The translations under genes were made by a program, and so were the position numbers. 64,000 bases of DNA from Bacteroidota bacterium (GTDB lineage Bacteria; Bacteroidota; Bacteroidia; UBA4408), in assembly GCA_040385525.1 (NCBI GenBank), contig JAZKHE010000005.1, forward strand, positions 96,910-160,909, in the 5' to 3' direction. Each line of letters starts with the position of its first letter. The stretch's first letter is position 1. This document shows, in pieces, positions 9,653 to 19,533 of the stretch. The notes below the pieces were generated by a model. The model was not told where the DNA came from and ran no database searches. It saw nothing but the letters and a program-made list of their open reading frames with translations.

Positions 9653-10762
9653 TTATTTTGTTAAAGTGATAGTATAAGTATCAGTGTAAGATAAATCAGC
9701 TGTAGTACCATCGCCATCACAATCGTTAGAATCTTTTTCAACTCTTTCTAAAACGATAGAAGTTGCAGAAGCAGATTTAACAACATAAACACGATCATTA
9801 TCTTCACCCATTTGGTTAGAAGATGTAATGCTTGTGTTAACAAAGAAATCAGCACTAACTCTAACATGAGTTTCGTCAATTACAGTAAAAGAACCTTGAC
9901 CACCTAAAACGTTTCCAGCAATTGCAGTAGAGTTAGAACCACCTTGGTTAGCCCAAATTGCAGAGTAAATGTTTCCATCGTTGTTAACAGAGATAGAAGA
10001 TAATCTAGCTGATAAAGTACCAGCAGCACCACAACCAGGGAAAGCAGCATAAGCTGAACCAGTTAATGAAGCTGAAGTAGCTACTGACCATTTACCATTT
10101 AACATTTCTGATAAATTATAAGCATTAGAACCAGTTACAGTAACATCAGATGAAATCATAGTTTTGCTTTCACCTTGGTAAGCATATAAAGTAACTTTAT
10201 ACGCTCCAGAAGTTTGAGGAGTCCAAGAGAAAGAATTAGTGTTTGAGTTCCAAGAATCAACTTCAATCCAAGTTGGACCTTGAATTACTAATTGGTAATC
10301 AACGTTATAGCCTTTGTTAGCAGACTCATCAGTTGTATTTTTAATAACAACTGCTTGACCTGTGCTTGGAGAAGCAACAGATAATTCCATAGTAGGAGCA
10401 ACTGTTTGAATAGTTACTGTTGCAGAACCAACATAAGTTTTACCAGAACGTTTTTGGATGTTTCCAGTTTTCATTACTTGTTGAGTAATAGTGTAAACAC
10501 CAGCTTTTTCGTAAGTGTGAGTTGGGTTGATTTGAGAAACTCTGCTCCAGTCACCAATTTCGTTTGATTGAGAACCATCACCAAAATCGTAAACAACTAC
10601 TGTATTTTTTTTGTATTTTTCGTTGTTGTCTTTAACTTTTACTGGCTCACCAACCCAAGCAGTTGGGTTTTCAACTGTAAAATCAGTTTCTTTTTTACAA
10701 GCAACCAATGCCATAGATGCTAATAGCACTAATGACGTTCCTTTTAAAATATTTTTTTTCAT
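9653..10762 (-). CDS. PKD-like domain lipoprotein (paralog 2 of a tandem pair)
   Basis: 369 aa. Lipoprotein signal (LVAC), YDFGDGS PKD-type motif. The first ~30 aa are identical to the upstream paralog. Confidence 0.55.
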   Translation of the reverse strand: MKKNILKGTSLVLLASMALVACKKETDFTVENPTAWVGEPVKVKDNNEKYKKNTVVVYDFGDGSQSNEIGDWSRVSQINPTHTYEKAGVYTITQQVMKTGNIQKRSGKTYVGSATVTIQTVAPTMELSVASPSTGQAVVIKNTTDESANKGYNVDYQLVIQGPTWIEVDSWNSNTNSFSWTPQTSGAYKVTLYAYQGESKTMISSDVTVTGSNAYNLSEMLNGKWSVATSASLTGSAYAAFPGCGAAGTLSARLSSISVNNDGNIYSAIWANQGGSNSTAIAGNVLGGQGSFTVIDETHVRVSADFFVNTSITSSNQMGEDNDRVYVVKSASATSIVLERVEKDSNDCDGDGTTADLSYTDTYTITLTK

Positions 10763-10797
10763 ATTAGTCTTAATTATAAATTAATAATTGGGTTTAA

Positions 10798-11910
10798 TTA
10801 CTTAGTTAAAGTAATTGTATAAGTGTCATTGTAAGTATCAGCAGCTGCAGTACAGAATGAATCACCTTTAGTAACTTTTTCTAAAACGATAGATGTAGCA
10901 GAAGAAGATTTAATTGTATATAAACCATTAGCTCCAGTATTGTAGTTAGATGCAGTTGTGCTAGTGTTTACAAATAAACCATTTTGTTCAGTTGTAATAC
11001 CTTTATTGTTAAAGCTTACGTTAACTAAACCAGCATCAGTTACATAAATTGAACCTAAACTTTCTTCAACGTTACCAGCAACTGTAGTAGAGCTAGCTCC
11101 ACCTTTGTTTGCCCAAACACCTGAATAGATATTTCCATCGTTATTTAAGCTAATAGAAGAATACATTGGAGCATAAGTTGCAGCTAAACAACCAGCACCA
11201 TAAGAAGCACCTGTTAAAGAAGCAGTTGCAGCAACTGACCATTTACCATTTAATAATTGAGCAACACCATCAGCTCTGTCACCAGAAACAGTAAAGTCAG
11301 CACTTATCATAGCACGACCTTGACCTTGGAATGCATACATAATCATTTTGTGAGCACCAGAAGTAGATGCAGTCCAAGAAATTGGCCTTGTATCATTAGC
11401 ACTACCTACCCATTGAGTACCAGTTGGAGTTTCTACCCAATATTGGTAAGATGGAGTTGAACCTAAATTAGCAGACTCATCAGTAGTGTTTTTAATCCAA
11501 ATACCTTGGTCAGTGTTAACTGCAGTAGAAGATAATTCCATTGTTGGAGTTACCATTTGAATTGTTACTGTTTGAGAACCAGCGTAAGTTTTTCCAGAAC
11601 GTTTTTCAATGTTTCTAGATTTCATTACTTGTTGAGTAATTGTGTAAACACCTGGTTTGTTGTAAGTGTGAGTAGGGTTGATTTGCGCAATTCTGCTCTC
11701 ATCACCAATGTTTGTAGACGAACCATCGCCAAAATCGTAAAATACAGCTGTATTTTTTTTGTATTTTTCGCTGTTGTCTTTAATAACAACTGGTTCTCCA
11801 ACCCATGCAGTAGCATTAACCACTGTAAAGTCAGTTTCTTTTTTACAAGCAACTAAAGCCATAGATGCTAAAAGCACCAACGACGTTCCTTTTAAAATGT
11901 TTTTTTTCAT
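10798..11910 (-). CDS. PKD-like domain lipoprotein (paralog 1 of a tandem pair)
   Basis: 370 aa. Same N-terminus and domain layout as 9653-10762. The 5' ~90 nt of the two genes are nearly identical. Confidence 0.55.
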   Translation of the reverse strand: MKKNILKGTSLVLLASMALVACKKETDFTVVNATAWVGEPVVIKDNSEKYKKNTAVFYDFGDGSSTNIGDESRIAQINPTHTYNKPGVYTITQQVMKSRNIEKRSGKTYAGSQTVTIQMVTPTMELSSTAVNTDQGIWIKNTTDESANLGSTPSYQYWVETPTGTQWVGSANDTRPISWTASTSGAHKMIMYAFQGQGRAMISADFTVSGDRADGVAQLLNGKWSVAATASLTGASYGAGCLAATYAPMYSSISLNNDGNIYSGVWANKGGASSTTVAGNVEESLGSIYVTDAGLVNVSFNNKGITTEQNGLFVNTSTTASNYNTGANGLYTIKSSSATSIVLEKVTKGDSFCTAAADTYNDTYTITLTK

Positions 11911-12221
11911 AATATTTTTCGTTTTTGATTAATTTGACGCAAATGTAAGTCAATTTTTGATAACGAGTCCAATTTTTTTATTCAAAATTGTATAGTTTAT
12001 ACTTATTTTAAATATAAATATCTGATAATCAGATATATAAAATGAATATAATTTGTTTTTTTGGTAAGATTTTTTAGTTTTTGGTGCTTTTTTTTACACA
12101 TTTAATAGATTAATAATACCAGTTTAACGATTGATATAATTAAGAATGTCTGTAAGGTTTAAGCTTTAATTTTAAATACAAGCAAACTTCATTTAATATA
12201 ACGCTTACAATTTTATATCTT

Positions 12222-14393
12222 GTGCTTTGTAATAATTTAGAATTTATGAAACATACTCGTTTATTTATTAGTCTACTTTTTGTAGTTGGTTTTACAACGG
12301 CACAAAACAAAACATTTACAATGGAAGAAGCGGTGCTAAAAGGTAGAACTGTTTTATCGCCAAAAAGATTAAATCAACTCAATTGGATAAAAAATTCAAA
12401 TAGTTACTATTATTATAATGATGCTGGTACAGAAATTTATAGAGGAAGTTTTTTAGCTGCGCAAGACGATAAATTACTTGTGTTAGAAGATTTTAATGGA
12501 CAGTTAGAACCTGTTGCTGGAGAAAAGGTAGATAAAATTCCTGCAATTACTTGGAAAAGCGATTTTGTATTTAGTTTTATGCTGAAAGAAAAAAAATACG
12601 ACTATAATGTTTCTACTAAAAGATTAGTTTTAGCTAAAGATGCCATAATTCCTTCTTTTGAAAATGAAGATAAAGCTGCAAATGGAGCAATTGCGTACAC
12701 CGAAAAAAACAATTTGTTTATTTACAAAGACAGCAAATCAATACAAGTAACTTTTGATGGAACCGAAAACAATGATATTGTAAACGGACAAGCAGTACAT
12801 CAACAAGAATTTGGAATTTATAAAGGAACATTTTGGAGTAATGATGGAAATCAGTTGGCTTTTTACAGAATGGATCAAAGCATGGTAACCGATTATCCTG
12901 TTATTGATTGGAGCGTGAAGCCAGCAAAAAATCAAAACAAAAAATATCCGTTTGCAGGCAATGCGAGTCATCATGTAACGCTTGGTGTATATGATGTAAC
13001 TACTGGCAAAACCGTTTTTATAAAAACAGGCGAACCTAAAGAACAATACTTAACCAATATCGCATGGAGCCCGAACGGAACAAGAATTTACATTGCGGTA
13101 TTAAACAGAGATCAAAATCATTTAAAATTAAATCAATACAATGCACAAACTGGCGAATTTGTAAAAACACTTTTTGAAGAAAAAGACGAAAAATTTGTTC
13201 AGCCACTAAACGCAATGTTGTTTATAAAAAACAATGCTAGTCAATTTATTTGGCAGAGTAACAGAGATGGATTTAATCATTTGTATTTGTATGATGCAGA
13301 AGGGCAAATGCTAAAACAATTAACCAAAGGCAATTGGGAAGTTACTGCTGTAAATGGTTTTGATGAATTAGGAAGTAATTTATTTTTTCATTCAAACATT
13401 GGTAATCCAACCGAGCAACAATTTTGTATGGTAGATGTAAAAAGCGGAAAAATGAAACAACTTACAAAAACTAAAGGAGTTCACAACTGCTTATTAAACG
13501 ATAAAGCAACAGATTTTATTGATAATTTTAGCAACATTACAACGCCGCGATTAATTGATGTGTATGATGTGAAATCAGCAAAATCAAAAAATCTTCTTAC
13601 TGCAGAAAATCCTGTTAAAGAGTATAAATTAGGGCAATTGAATTTATTTACCGTTAAGGCAGATGATGGAACCGATTTGTGGTGTCGTATGTTTAAACCA
13701 GCAGATTTTGATAGCACAAAAAAATATCCTGCCATTGTTTATGTGTATGGTGGGCCAGGAGTTCAACTGATTACAAACTCATGGTTAGGTGGTGCCGATT
13801 TATGGTATCACTACATGGCGCAACGCGGCTATATTGTTTTTACAGTTGACAACAGAGGAACAAAAGGTAGAGGAAAAACTTTTGAGCAAGCTACTTTCCG
13901 TCAGTTAGGGACAGTAGAAATTTCTGATCAAATGAAAGGCGTTGATTATTTAAAATCGCAAAAATATGTTGATGCAAAACGCTTAGGTGTTGATGGTTGG
14001 AGTTTTGGTGGATTTATGACAACATCGATGATGACGCGCACTCCCGATGTTTTTAAAGTTGGTGTTGCTGGTGGACCAGTAATTGATTGGAGTTATTACG
14101 AAATCATGTACACAGAGCGTTATATGGATACACCACAAACCAATAAAGAAGGTTTTGAAAAAAGTAATTTGCTGAATTATGTTGGCGATTTAAAAGGAAA
14201 ATTAATGTTAATACATGGCGCAAGCGACGACGTAGTGGTTTGGCAACATAGTATGATGTATTTAAAAAAGGCTGTAGACAAAGGAGTTCATCTCGATTAT
14301 TTTGTTTATCCAGGTCATTATCATAATGTAGTAGGAAAAGACAGAGTACATTTAATGCAAAAAATTGCTGATTATTTTATTACGAATTTATAG
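12222..14393 (+). CDS. dipeptidyl-peptidase IV (S9B prolyl oligopeptidase family)
   Basis: 723 aa. Signal peptide (true start probably the second Met at 12246, MKHTRLFISLLF), beta-propeller region, catalytic Ser in GWSFGG, and an Asp/His pair at the C-terminus. Confidence 0.85.
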   Translation: MLCNNLEFMKHTRLFISLLFVVGFTTAQNKTFTMEEAVLKGRTVLSPKRLNQLNWIKNSNSYYYYNDAGTEIYRGSFLAAQDDKLLVLEDFNGQLEPVAGEKVDKIPAITWKSDFVFSFMLKEKKYDYNVSTKRLVLAKDAIIPSFENEDKAANGAIAYTEKNNLFIYKDSKSIQVTFDGTENNDIVNGQAVHQQEFGIYKGTFWSNDGNQLAFYRMDQSMVTDYPVIDWSVKPAKNQNKKYPFAGNASHHVTLGVYDVTTGKTVFIKTGEPKEQYLTNIAWSPNGTRIYIAVLNRDQNHLKLNQYNAQTGEFVKTLFEEKDEKFVQPLNAMLFIKNNASQFIWQSNRDGFNHLYLYDAEGQMLKQLTKGNWEVTAVNGFDELGSNLFFHSNIGNPTEQQFCMVDVKSGKMKQLTKTKGVHNCLLNDKATDFIDNFSNITTPRLIDVYDVKSAKSKNLLTAENPVKEYKLGQLNLFTVKADDGTDLWCRMFKPADFDSTKKYPAIVYVYGGPGVQLITNSWLGGADLWYHYMAQRGYIVFTVDNRGTKGRGKTFEQATFRQLGTVEISDQMKGVDYLKSQKYVDAKRLGVDGWSFGGFMTTSMMTRTPDVFKVGVAGGPVIDWSYYEIMYTERYMDTPQTNKEGFEKSNLLNYVGDLKGKLMLIHGASDDVVVWQHSMMYLKKAVDKGVHLDYFVYPGHYHNVVGKDRVHLMQKIADYFITNL

Positions 14394-14484
14394 AACACAA
14401 GGTTTTAAAGTTAGAAAGTTTTAACGTTGGAAACCATTACCAAAAACTATTAACCGTAAACCAAAAACTGAAAACCAAAAAGAA

Positions 14485-16110
14485 ATGAAATACACAATAG
14501 AAGCCAATTTAATTGATGTTGTTGCAAAGCGCATTTTTGCTGCGCGAGTTGAGGTAATTGATGGCAAAATATTTTCGATTGAGGAGTTAGATAAAAATTT
14601 AGACAACTATATTTTACCAGGTTTTGTTGATGCGCATATTCATGTAGAAAGTTCTATGCTTATACCGAGTGAGTTTGCACGATTAGCAGTAGTGCACGGA
14701 ACGGTAGGAACCATTTCTGACCCGCACGAAATTGCCAATGTAGTTGGAATTGAAGGTGTTGATTATATGATTGGAAACGGGAATAAAGTTCCGTTTCATT
14801 TTTATTTTGGAGCACCATCTTGCGTGCCTGCAACCAGTTTTGAAACGGCAGGTGCAACCATAGATAGCAAAGGAATTGAAGAATTATTAAAGCGAGATGA
14901 AATTGTTTATTTAGCTGAGATGATGAATTTTCCGGGAGTAATTTTTGGAGATGGAGAAGTACATAAAAAATTAGCCATTGCTAAAGCTTTAAATAAACCA
15001 ATTGATGGTCACGCGCCAGGTTTACGAGGCGAAGATATGCGTAAGTATTTTTCGGCAGGGATTACAACCGACCACGAATGTTTTAAATACGAAGAAGCTT
15101 TAGAGAAATTACAAATCGGTGTAAAAGTGTTGATTAGAGAAGGAAGTGCTGCCAAAAATTTTGAGGAATTAATTCCACTTTTAAAACAATTTCCTGAGCA
15201 AATAATGTTTTGTAGTGATGATAAACATCCTGATAGTTTGTTAGATAATCATATAAATGATTTAGTAAAGCGTGCGCTTAAAAAAGGAAACGATTTGTTT
15301 GAGGTTTTACGTGCAGCATCTTACAACGTTATAAAACATTATAACTTAAAAGTTGGTTTGTTGCAACAAGGAGATAATGCCGATTTTATTGTGATTGACA
15401 ACCTAAACGATTTTACAATTAAAGAAACCTATATTAGCGGAGAGTTAGTTGCTAAAAACGGAAAATCGTTAATAGAAAAAATTTCAGAAAAAATTATTAA
15501 TCAGTTTGATTGTAGTTTAAAATCGCCAAAAGATTTTGAATTAAAATCGGATGCAAAAAAAATACGTGTAATAGAAGCCTTAGATGGACAATTAATTACA
15601 CACGAATTAATTGAAGAATCACTTTTAGTAAACGGAAATTTAGAATCGAATACGCAAAGCGATGTGTTAAAAATAGCTGTGGTAAACCGTTACAGCGATG
15701 CATCCACTGCAATTGCTTTTATAAAAAATATTGAACTAAAACATGGCGCAATAGCAAGTTGTATCGCACACGATAGTCATAATATTGTTGCGGTGGGAAC
15801 TAACGATTTGGATATATGCGAAGCCGTAAATTTAATTATTAAAAACAAAGGCGGAATTTCGTTAGCCAATGGCGAACAAAAATTAAGTTTAGCCTTGCCA
15901 GTTGCTGGAATTATGACAAATGGTGATGCTTACGAAACAGCTAATTTGTATATTGAAATTGACAAGCAAGCAAAAGCATTGGGCACTAAATTACGTGCAC
16001 CTTTTATGACTTTATCGTTTATGGCTTTGCTCGTAATACCCGAACTAAAACTAAGCGACAAAGGTTTGTTTGACGGCAAGAGTTTTAAATTTACAAGTGT
16101 TGAGGTTTAA
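14485..16110 (+). CDS. ade: adenine deaminase
   Basis: 541 aa. Amidohydrolase HIH metal-binding motif ([14 protein letters not shown]) near the N-terminus and COG1001-like architecture. Confidence 0.75.
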   Translation: MKYTIEANLIDVVAKRIFAARVEVIDGKIFSIEELDKNLDNYILPGFVDAHIHVESSMLIPSEFARLAVVHGTVGTISDPHEIANVVGIEGVDYMIGNGNKVPFHFYFGAPSCVPATSFETAGATIDSKGIEELLKRDEIVYLAEMMNFPGVIFGDGEVHKKLAIAKALNKPIDGHAPGLRGEDMRKYFSAGITTDHECFKYEEALEKLQIGVKVLIREGSAAKNFEELIPLLKQFPEQIMFCSDDKHPDSLLDNHINDLVKRALKKGNDLFEVLRAASYNVIKHYNLKVGLLQQGDNADFIVIDNLNDFTIKETYISGELVAKNGKSLIEKISEKIINQFDCSLKSPKDFELKSDAKKIRVIEALDGQLITHELIEESLLVNGNLESNTQSDVLKIAVVNRYSDASTAIAFIKNIELKHGAIASCIAHDSHNIVAVGTNDLDICEAVNLIIKNKGGISLANGEQKLSLALPVAGIMTNGDAYETANLYIEIDKQAKALGTKLRAPFMTLSFMALLVIPELKLSDKGLFDGKSFKFTSVEV

Positions 16111-16120
16111 ATTATTTGTT

Positions 16121-16867
16121 ATGTTTTTGTTTACATATACTGATTTTTTAATAAAACAGATTGTTATTTCTCTTCTATTGTTTTGTTCAACTGAACATCT
16201 CTTTTGTCAAGAAATTATTGTGTTGAAATCATACAGTGATAGAAACATTCAAAGACAAAATGGTTTCTATTATTTGAATGATAGTTTAATTTCAAAAAAA
16301 ATAATTCCAATTGCTCAACTTAAAATTACAGACGTTGATGTTAAAACTAATATTGAGAAATTGACCAAGACTATTGCAGTAAAGTCTAATTCGATTGGAG
16401 CCAATTCATTTAAAATATTAGAATATAATGATTCACTAAATTTTTTTCTAATTGAGGTTTGTTTCTTAACTGAAGAATTGGTAGCTGAAAACAAGATGTT
16501 ACAAGAAAAAAATATGATTTATGTTTTTGGGAATGTAAAGAGATTAAACAAGAATTGGAATTTTAAACATAACAAATTAAAGATTAGTATTAAAAGTGGT
16601 CAGTATTATAAAATTGATAATAATAAAGAACATTCAACTCGTTTAAACAAAGGAGGTTTTACTGGATCAACAGTTTGGTTAGAGTCTTCACCCAATAAAC
16701 CTTCATCTTATTTTACAATGAGTGGTTTTGGCTTAGTCGATATTTATTCCACTAATTCTCCTTATTATCATAGCGCTACAGGAATAATGTTTACAACGGG
16801 CAAATTAAGATATTTAGATGAAAGTGCTTCAAGACTTTTGATGAAGATGCTATATGAAATGAAATAG
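16121..16867 (+). CDS. hypothetical secreted protein
   Basis: The ORF opens at 16070 inside ade. The first Met that clears the overlap is at 16121 (MFLFTYTDFL...), followed by a hydrophobic N-terminus. Confidence 0.4.
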   Translation: MFLFTYTDFLIKQIVISLLLFCSTEHLFCQEIIVLKSYSDRNIQRQNGFYYLNDSLISKKIIPIAQLKITDVDVKTNIEKLTKTIAVKSNSIGANSFKILEYNDSLNFFLIEVCFLTEELVAENKMLQEKNMIYVFGNVKRLNKNWNFKHNKLKISIKSGQYYKIDNNKEHSTRLNKGGFTGSTVWLESSPNKPSSYFTMSGFGLVDIYSTNSPYYHSATGIMFTTGKLRYLDESASRLLMKMLYEMK

Positions 16868-16873
16868 TGTTAT

Positions 16874-16919
16874 AAAAAAACGCCTCGTTCCGATAGTTAT
16901 CGGAATCGAGGCGTTTTTT
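16874..16919. terminator. bidirectional rho-independent terminator
   Basis: A-run, then a GC-rich nested hairpin CGCCTCG-TTCCGATAgtTATCGGAA-TCGAGGCG, then a T-run. Sits between convergent genes (16121-16867 on + and metK on -). Confidence 0.65.
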
Positions 16920-16938
16920 ATTGAATTATTTACAACAA

Positions 16939-18219
16939 TTAAGCGATAGCTTCTTGTTTTTCAGTAATGTTAAACTCTTTACGTAAAGCATCTACTTGGT
17001 CTAATTTTTCCCAACCAAATGTCTCGTATTTTTTACCGTTTACTTCTACAACTCCAGGAACTCTTCCCATGTGTCCGTAAGCAGCAGTTTCAGCATAAAT
17101 AGGGTTTTTTAAACCAAAACGTTTTACAATTGCACTTGGGCGCATATCAAATATTTTAGCAAAACGAACTGAAATTTCTCCGTCACTTAATTTTTTACCT
17201 TCTTTATCTTTTACTTTTCCAGTTCCGTAAGTATTTAAATATAAACCTACAGGCTCAGCAACACCAATTGCATAAGCAACTTGCACTAAAGCTTCGTCGC
17301 AAACACCAGCAGCAACTAAGTTTTTAGCAATGTGGCGAGTAGCATAAGCAGCAGAACGATCTACTTTTGAAGAATCTTTTCCAGAGAATGCGCCACCACC
17401 GTGAGCACCACGTCCGCCATAGGTATCAACAATAATTTTTCTTCCTGTTAAGCCAGTATCACCGTGTGGTCCACCAATAACAAATTTACCTGTTGGATTA
17501 ATGTGGTACTGAATATCATCACCAAATAATTTTTTAATACGTGGAGGTAATAATTTTTTAACTCTTGGTATTAAAATGTTTATCACCTCGTCTTTAATTT
17601 GTGCTAACATAATATCATCAGTAGCAAAATCATCATGTTGAGTAGATAAAACAATAGTTTCAATTTTTTCTGGTTTACCTTTATCAGTATATTGAATAGT
17701 TACTTGCGATTTTGCATCTGGACGTAAGTATTTCATTTTTTTACCTTCTCTACGAATTGCAGCTAACTCTTTTAATAATAAATGAGAAAGCTCTAACGGT
17801 AAGGGCATATAGTTATCTGTTTCGCGACTAGCATAACCAAACATCATACCTTGATCGCCAGCACCTTGCTCTTCGTCTTTAGCACGTTCAACACCTTGAT
17901 TAATATCTGATGATTGTTCGTGCAAAGCATTTAAAATTCCGCATGAAACAGAATCGAATTGATATTCTGATTTAGTGTAGCCAATTTTTGCAATTACGCC
18001 ACGAGCAATTTTTTGAACATCAACTTTAGCCTTAGCTAAATCGTTGCATTTAATTTCGCCACCAATAACAACAAGTCCAGTAGTTACAAATGTTTCGCAA
18101 GCTACTTTCGCAGTAGGGTCGTAAGTTAAAAATGCATCAATAATTGCATCAGAAATTTGATCTGCAACTTTATCAGGATGTCCTTCAGAAACAGATTCAG
18201 AGGTAAATAAGTATGACAT
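16939..18219 (-). CDS. metK: S-adenosylmethionine synthetase
   Basis: 426 aa. MetK signature motifs including GGGAFSGKD and the DxGxTGRKII region. Confidence 0.95.
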   Translation of the reverse strand: MSYLFTSESVSEGHPDKVADQISDAIIDAFLTYDPTAKVACETFVTTGLVVIGGEIKCNDLAKAKVDVQKIARGVIAKIGYTKSEYQFDSVSCGILNALHEQSSDINQGVERAKDEEQGAGDQGMMFGYASRETDNYMPLPLELSHLLLKELAAIRREGKKMKYLRPDAKSQVTIQYTDKGKPEKIETIVLSTQHDDFATDDIMLAQIKDEVINILIPRVKKLLPPRIKKLFGDDIQYHINPTGKFVIGGPHGDTGLTGRKIIVDTYGGRGAHGGGAFSGKDSSKVDRSAAYATRHIAKNLVAAGVCDEALVQVAYAIGVAEPVGLYLNTYGTGKVKDKEGKKLSDGEISVRFAKIFDMRPSAIVKRFGLKNPIYAETAAYGHMGRVPGVVEVNGKKYETFGWEKLDQVDALRKEFNITEKQEAIA

Positions 18220-18283
18220 AATTGTTTTTTAAAAATTAGACAACGAAGATAGTCTTTTTAGATAAAAAAAAGCAAAAAACGAA

Positions 18284-19189
18284 CTATTTTGTTAGTTTTT
18301 GGAAAATTTCTTCTAAAGTTTTCTCTTCTTTTTGCATTCCAAGTACTGTTAAATTGTTTTTTATTGCGTATTGAAATAGCTCTTTGCGCACATCAATGTG
18401 TTTTTCGGCTTTAATCATCCATGTATTATTTTCGGTGTTTACAGCATCTAAAACTCCAGCAATACTGCGTAATTGTTTTTTATCAGTGGCTTTATCAAAC
18501 TCTATTGAAACATAAGCATAATCGTCGCTATTGCTTTGCAATTGGCTTGTTTCGTCGTTTGCAACCAATTTACCTTGTTTAACAATAATAACTTTATCAC
18601 AAATGGCCTTTACTTCTTGCATAATGTGGGTAGAAAAAAGTACTGTTTTTTCTTTACCAATTTGCTTTATTAAGTTTCGTATTTCTGTAATTTGGTTAGG
18701 GTCTAAACCAGTTGTAGGCTCATCTAAAATTAACACTTTTGGATTGTGAATCATAGCTTGAGCTAAACCAACACGCTGACGATAGCCTTTTGATAAAGCA
18801 CCAATTTTTTTATTTTGCTCTACTTGCAAACCAACCGTTTCAATCATTTTTTTAACTTGATTCATTGGTTTGTCAATTTTATGAAGCCCAGCAATAAATT
18901 CTAAATATTCCTTAACGTACATATCTAAATACAAAGGATTGTGCTCTGGCAAGTAACCAACAATTTTGCGTACTTCCATTGATTGCTCCATCACATCAAA
19001 ACCACAAACACTTACGCTACCCGATGTTGGCGGAATAAAGCAAGTAATGATTTTCATCATGGTTGATTTTCCTGCACCGTTTGGCCCCAGAAATCCTACA
19101 ATTTGACCAGCGTTAACATTAAAAGAAACATCGTTCAATGCTTTTTGATTTCCGTATAGTTTTGATATGTTTTTTACTTCTATTGACAC
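18284..19189 (-). CDS. gldA: gliding-motility ABC transporter ATP-binding protein GldA
   Basis: 301 aa ABC ATPase (Walker A GPNGAGKST, signature LSKGYRQR, Walker B ILDEPT). The N-terminus MSIEV.NISK.YG.QKAL closely matches flavobacterial GldA. Confidence 0.65.
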   Translation of the reverse strand: MSIEVKNISKLYGNQKALNDVSFNVNAGQIVGFLGPNGAGKSTMMKIITCFIPPTSGSVSVCGFDVMEQSMEVRKIVGYLPEHNPLYLDMYVKEYLEFIAGLHKIDKPMNQVKKMIETVGLQVEQNKKIGALSKGYRQRVGLAQAMIHNPKVLILDEPTTGLDPNQITEIRNLIKQIGKEKTVLFSTHIMQEVKAICDKVIIVKQGKLVANDETSQLQSNSDDYAYVSIEFDKATDKKQLRSIAGVLDAVNTENNTWMIKAEKHIDVRKELFQYAIKNNLTVLGMQKEEKTLEEIFQKLTK

Positions 19190-19533
19190 TTTTTTTATTT
19201 TTTTAATTCCTAATAAATAAAAACAATCATTTAGGAAAAATGACTAGTACGAAGTTAGCGTTTTTTGTAATAATATCATAAACGCACTTTCTGCTATAAT
19301 AATGAATGTATGAACTAAACATTCTATCTAATTTTTTTACGAGTCGCTGTATCTTTTTTTTGTTTTTGCATTATGTAGTTAAAATCATCAATAATGAAAA
19401 AACAATTGAATAGAATAATGCTTTTGCCACCTTAGGTTTTATTGCATTGCGGATGATACAAAATCGCAGCATGTATCTAAAAAATTATAGAATAAAAAAC
19501 AAAATAGTATTTACAATTTAAAAAATAGAAACC

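Noticed and set aside
14421-14606. 61-aa minus-strand ORF overlapping the ade start
   Set aside because: It overlaps the conserved N-terminus of adenine deaminase on the opposite strand and shows no motif, so it is probably spurious.
18220-18283. Expected a SAM riboswitch upstream of metK
   Set aside because: Only 64 nt separate metK from the upstream gldA stop, and no SAM-I or SAM-II consensus segments are visible. The 19190-19533 region upstream of gldA also lacks them. Cannot be fully excluded without a covariance-model scan.
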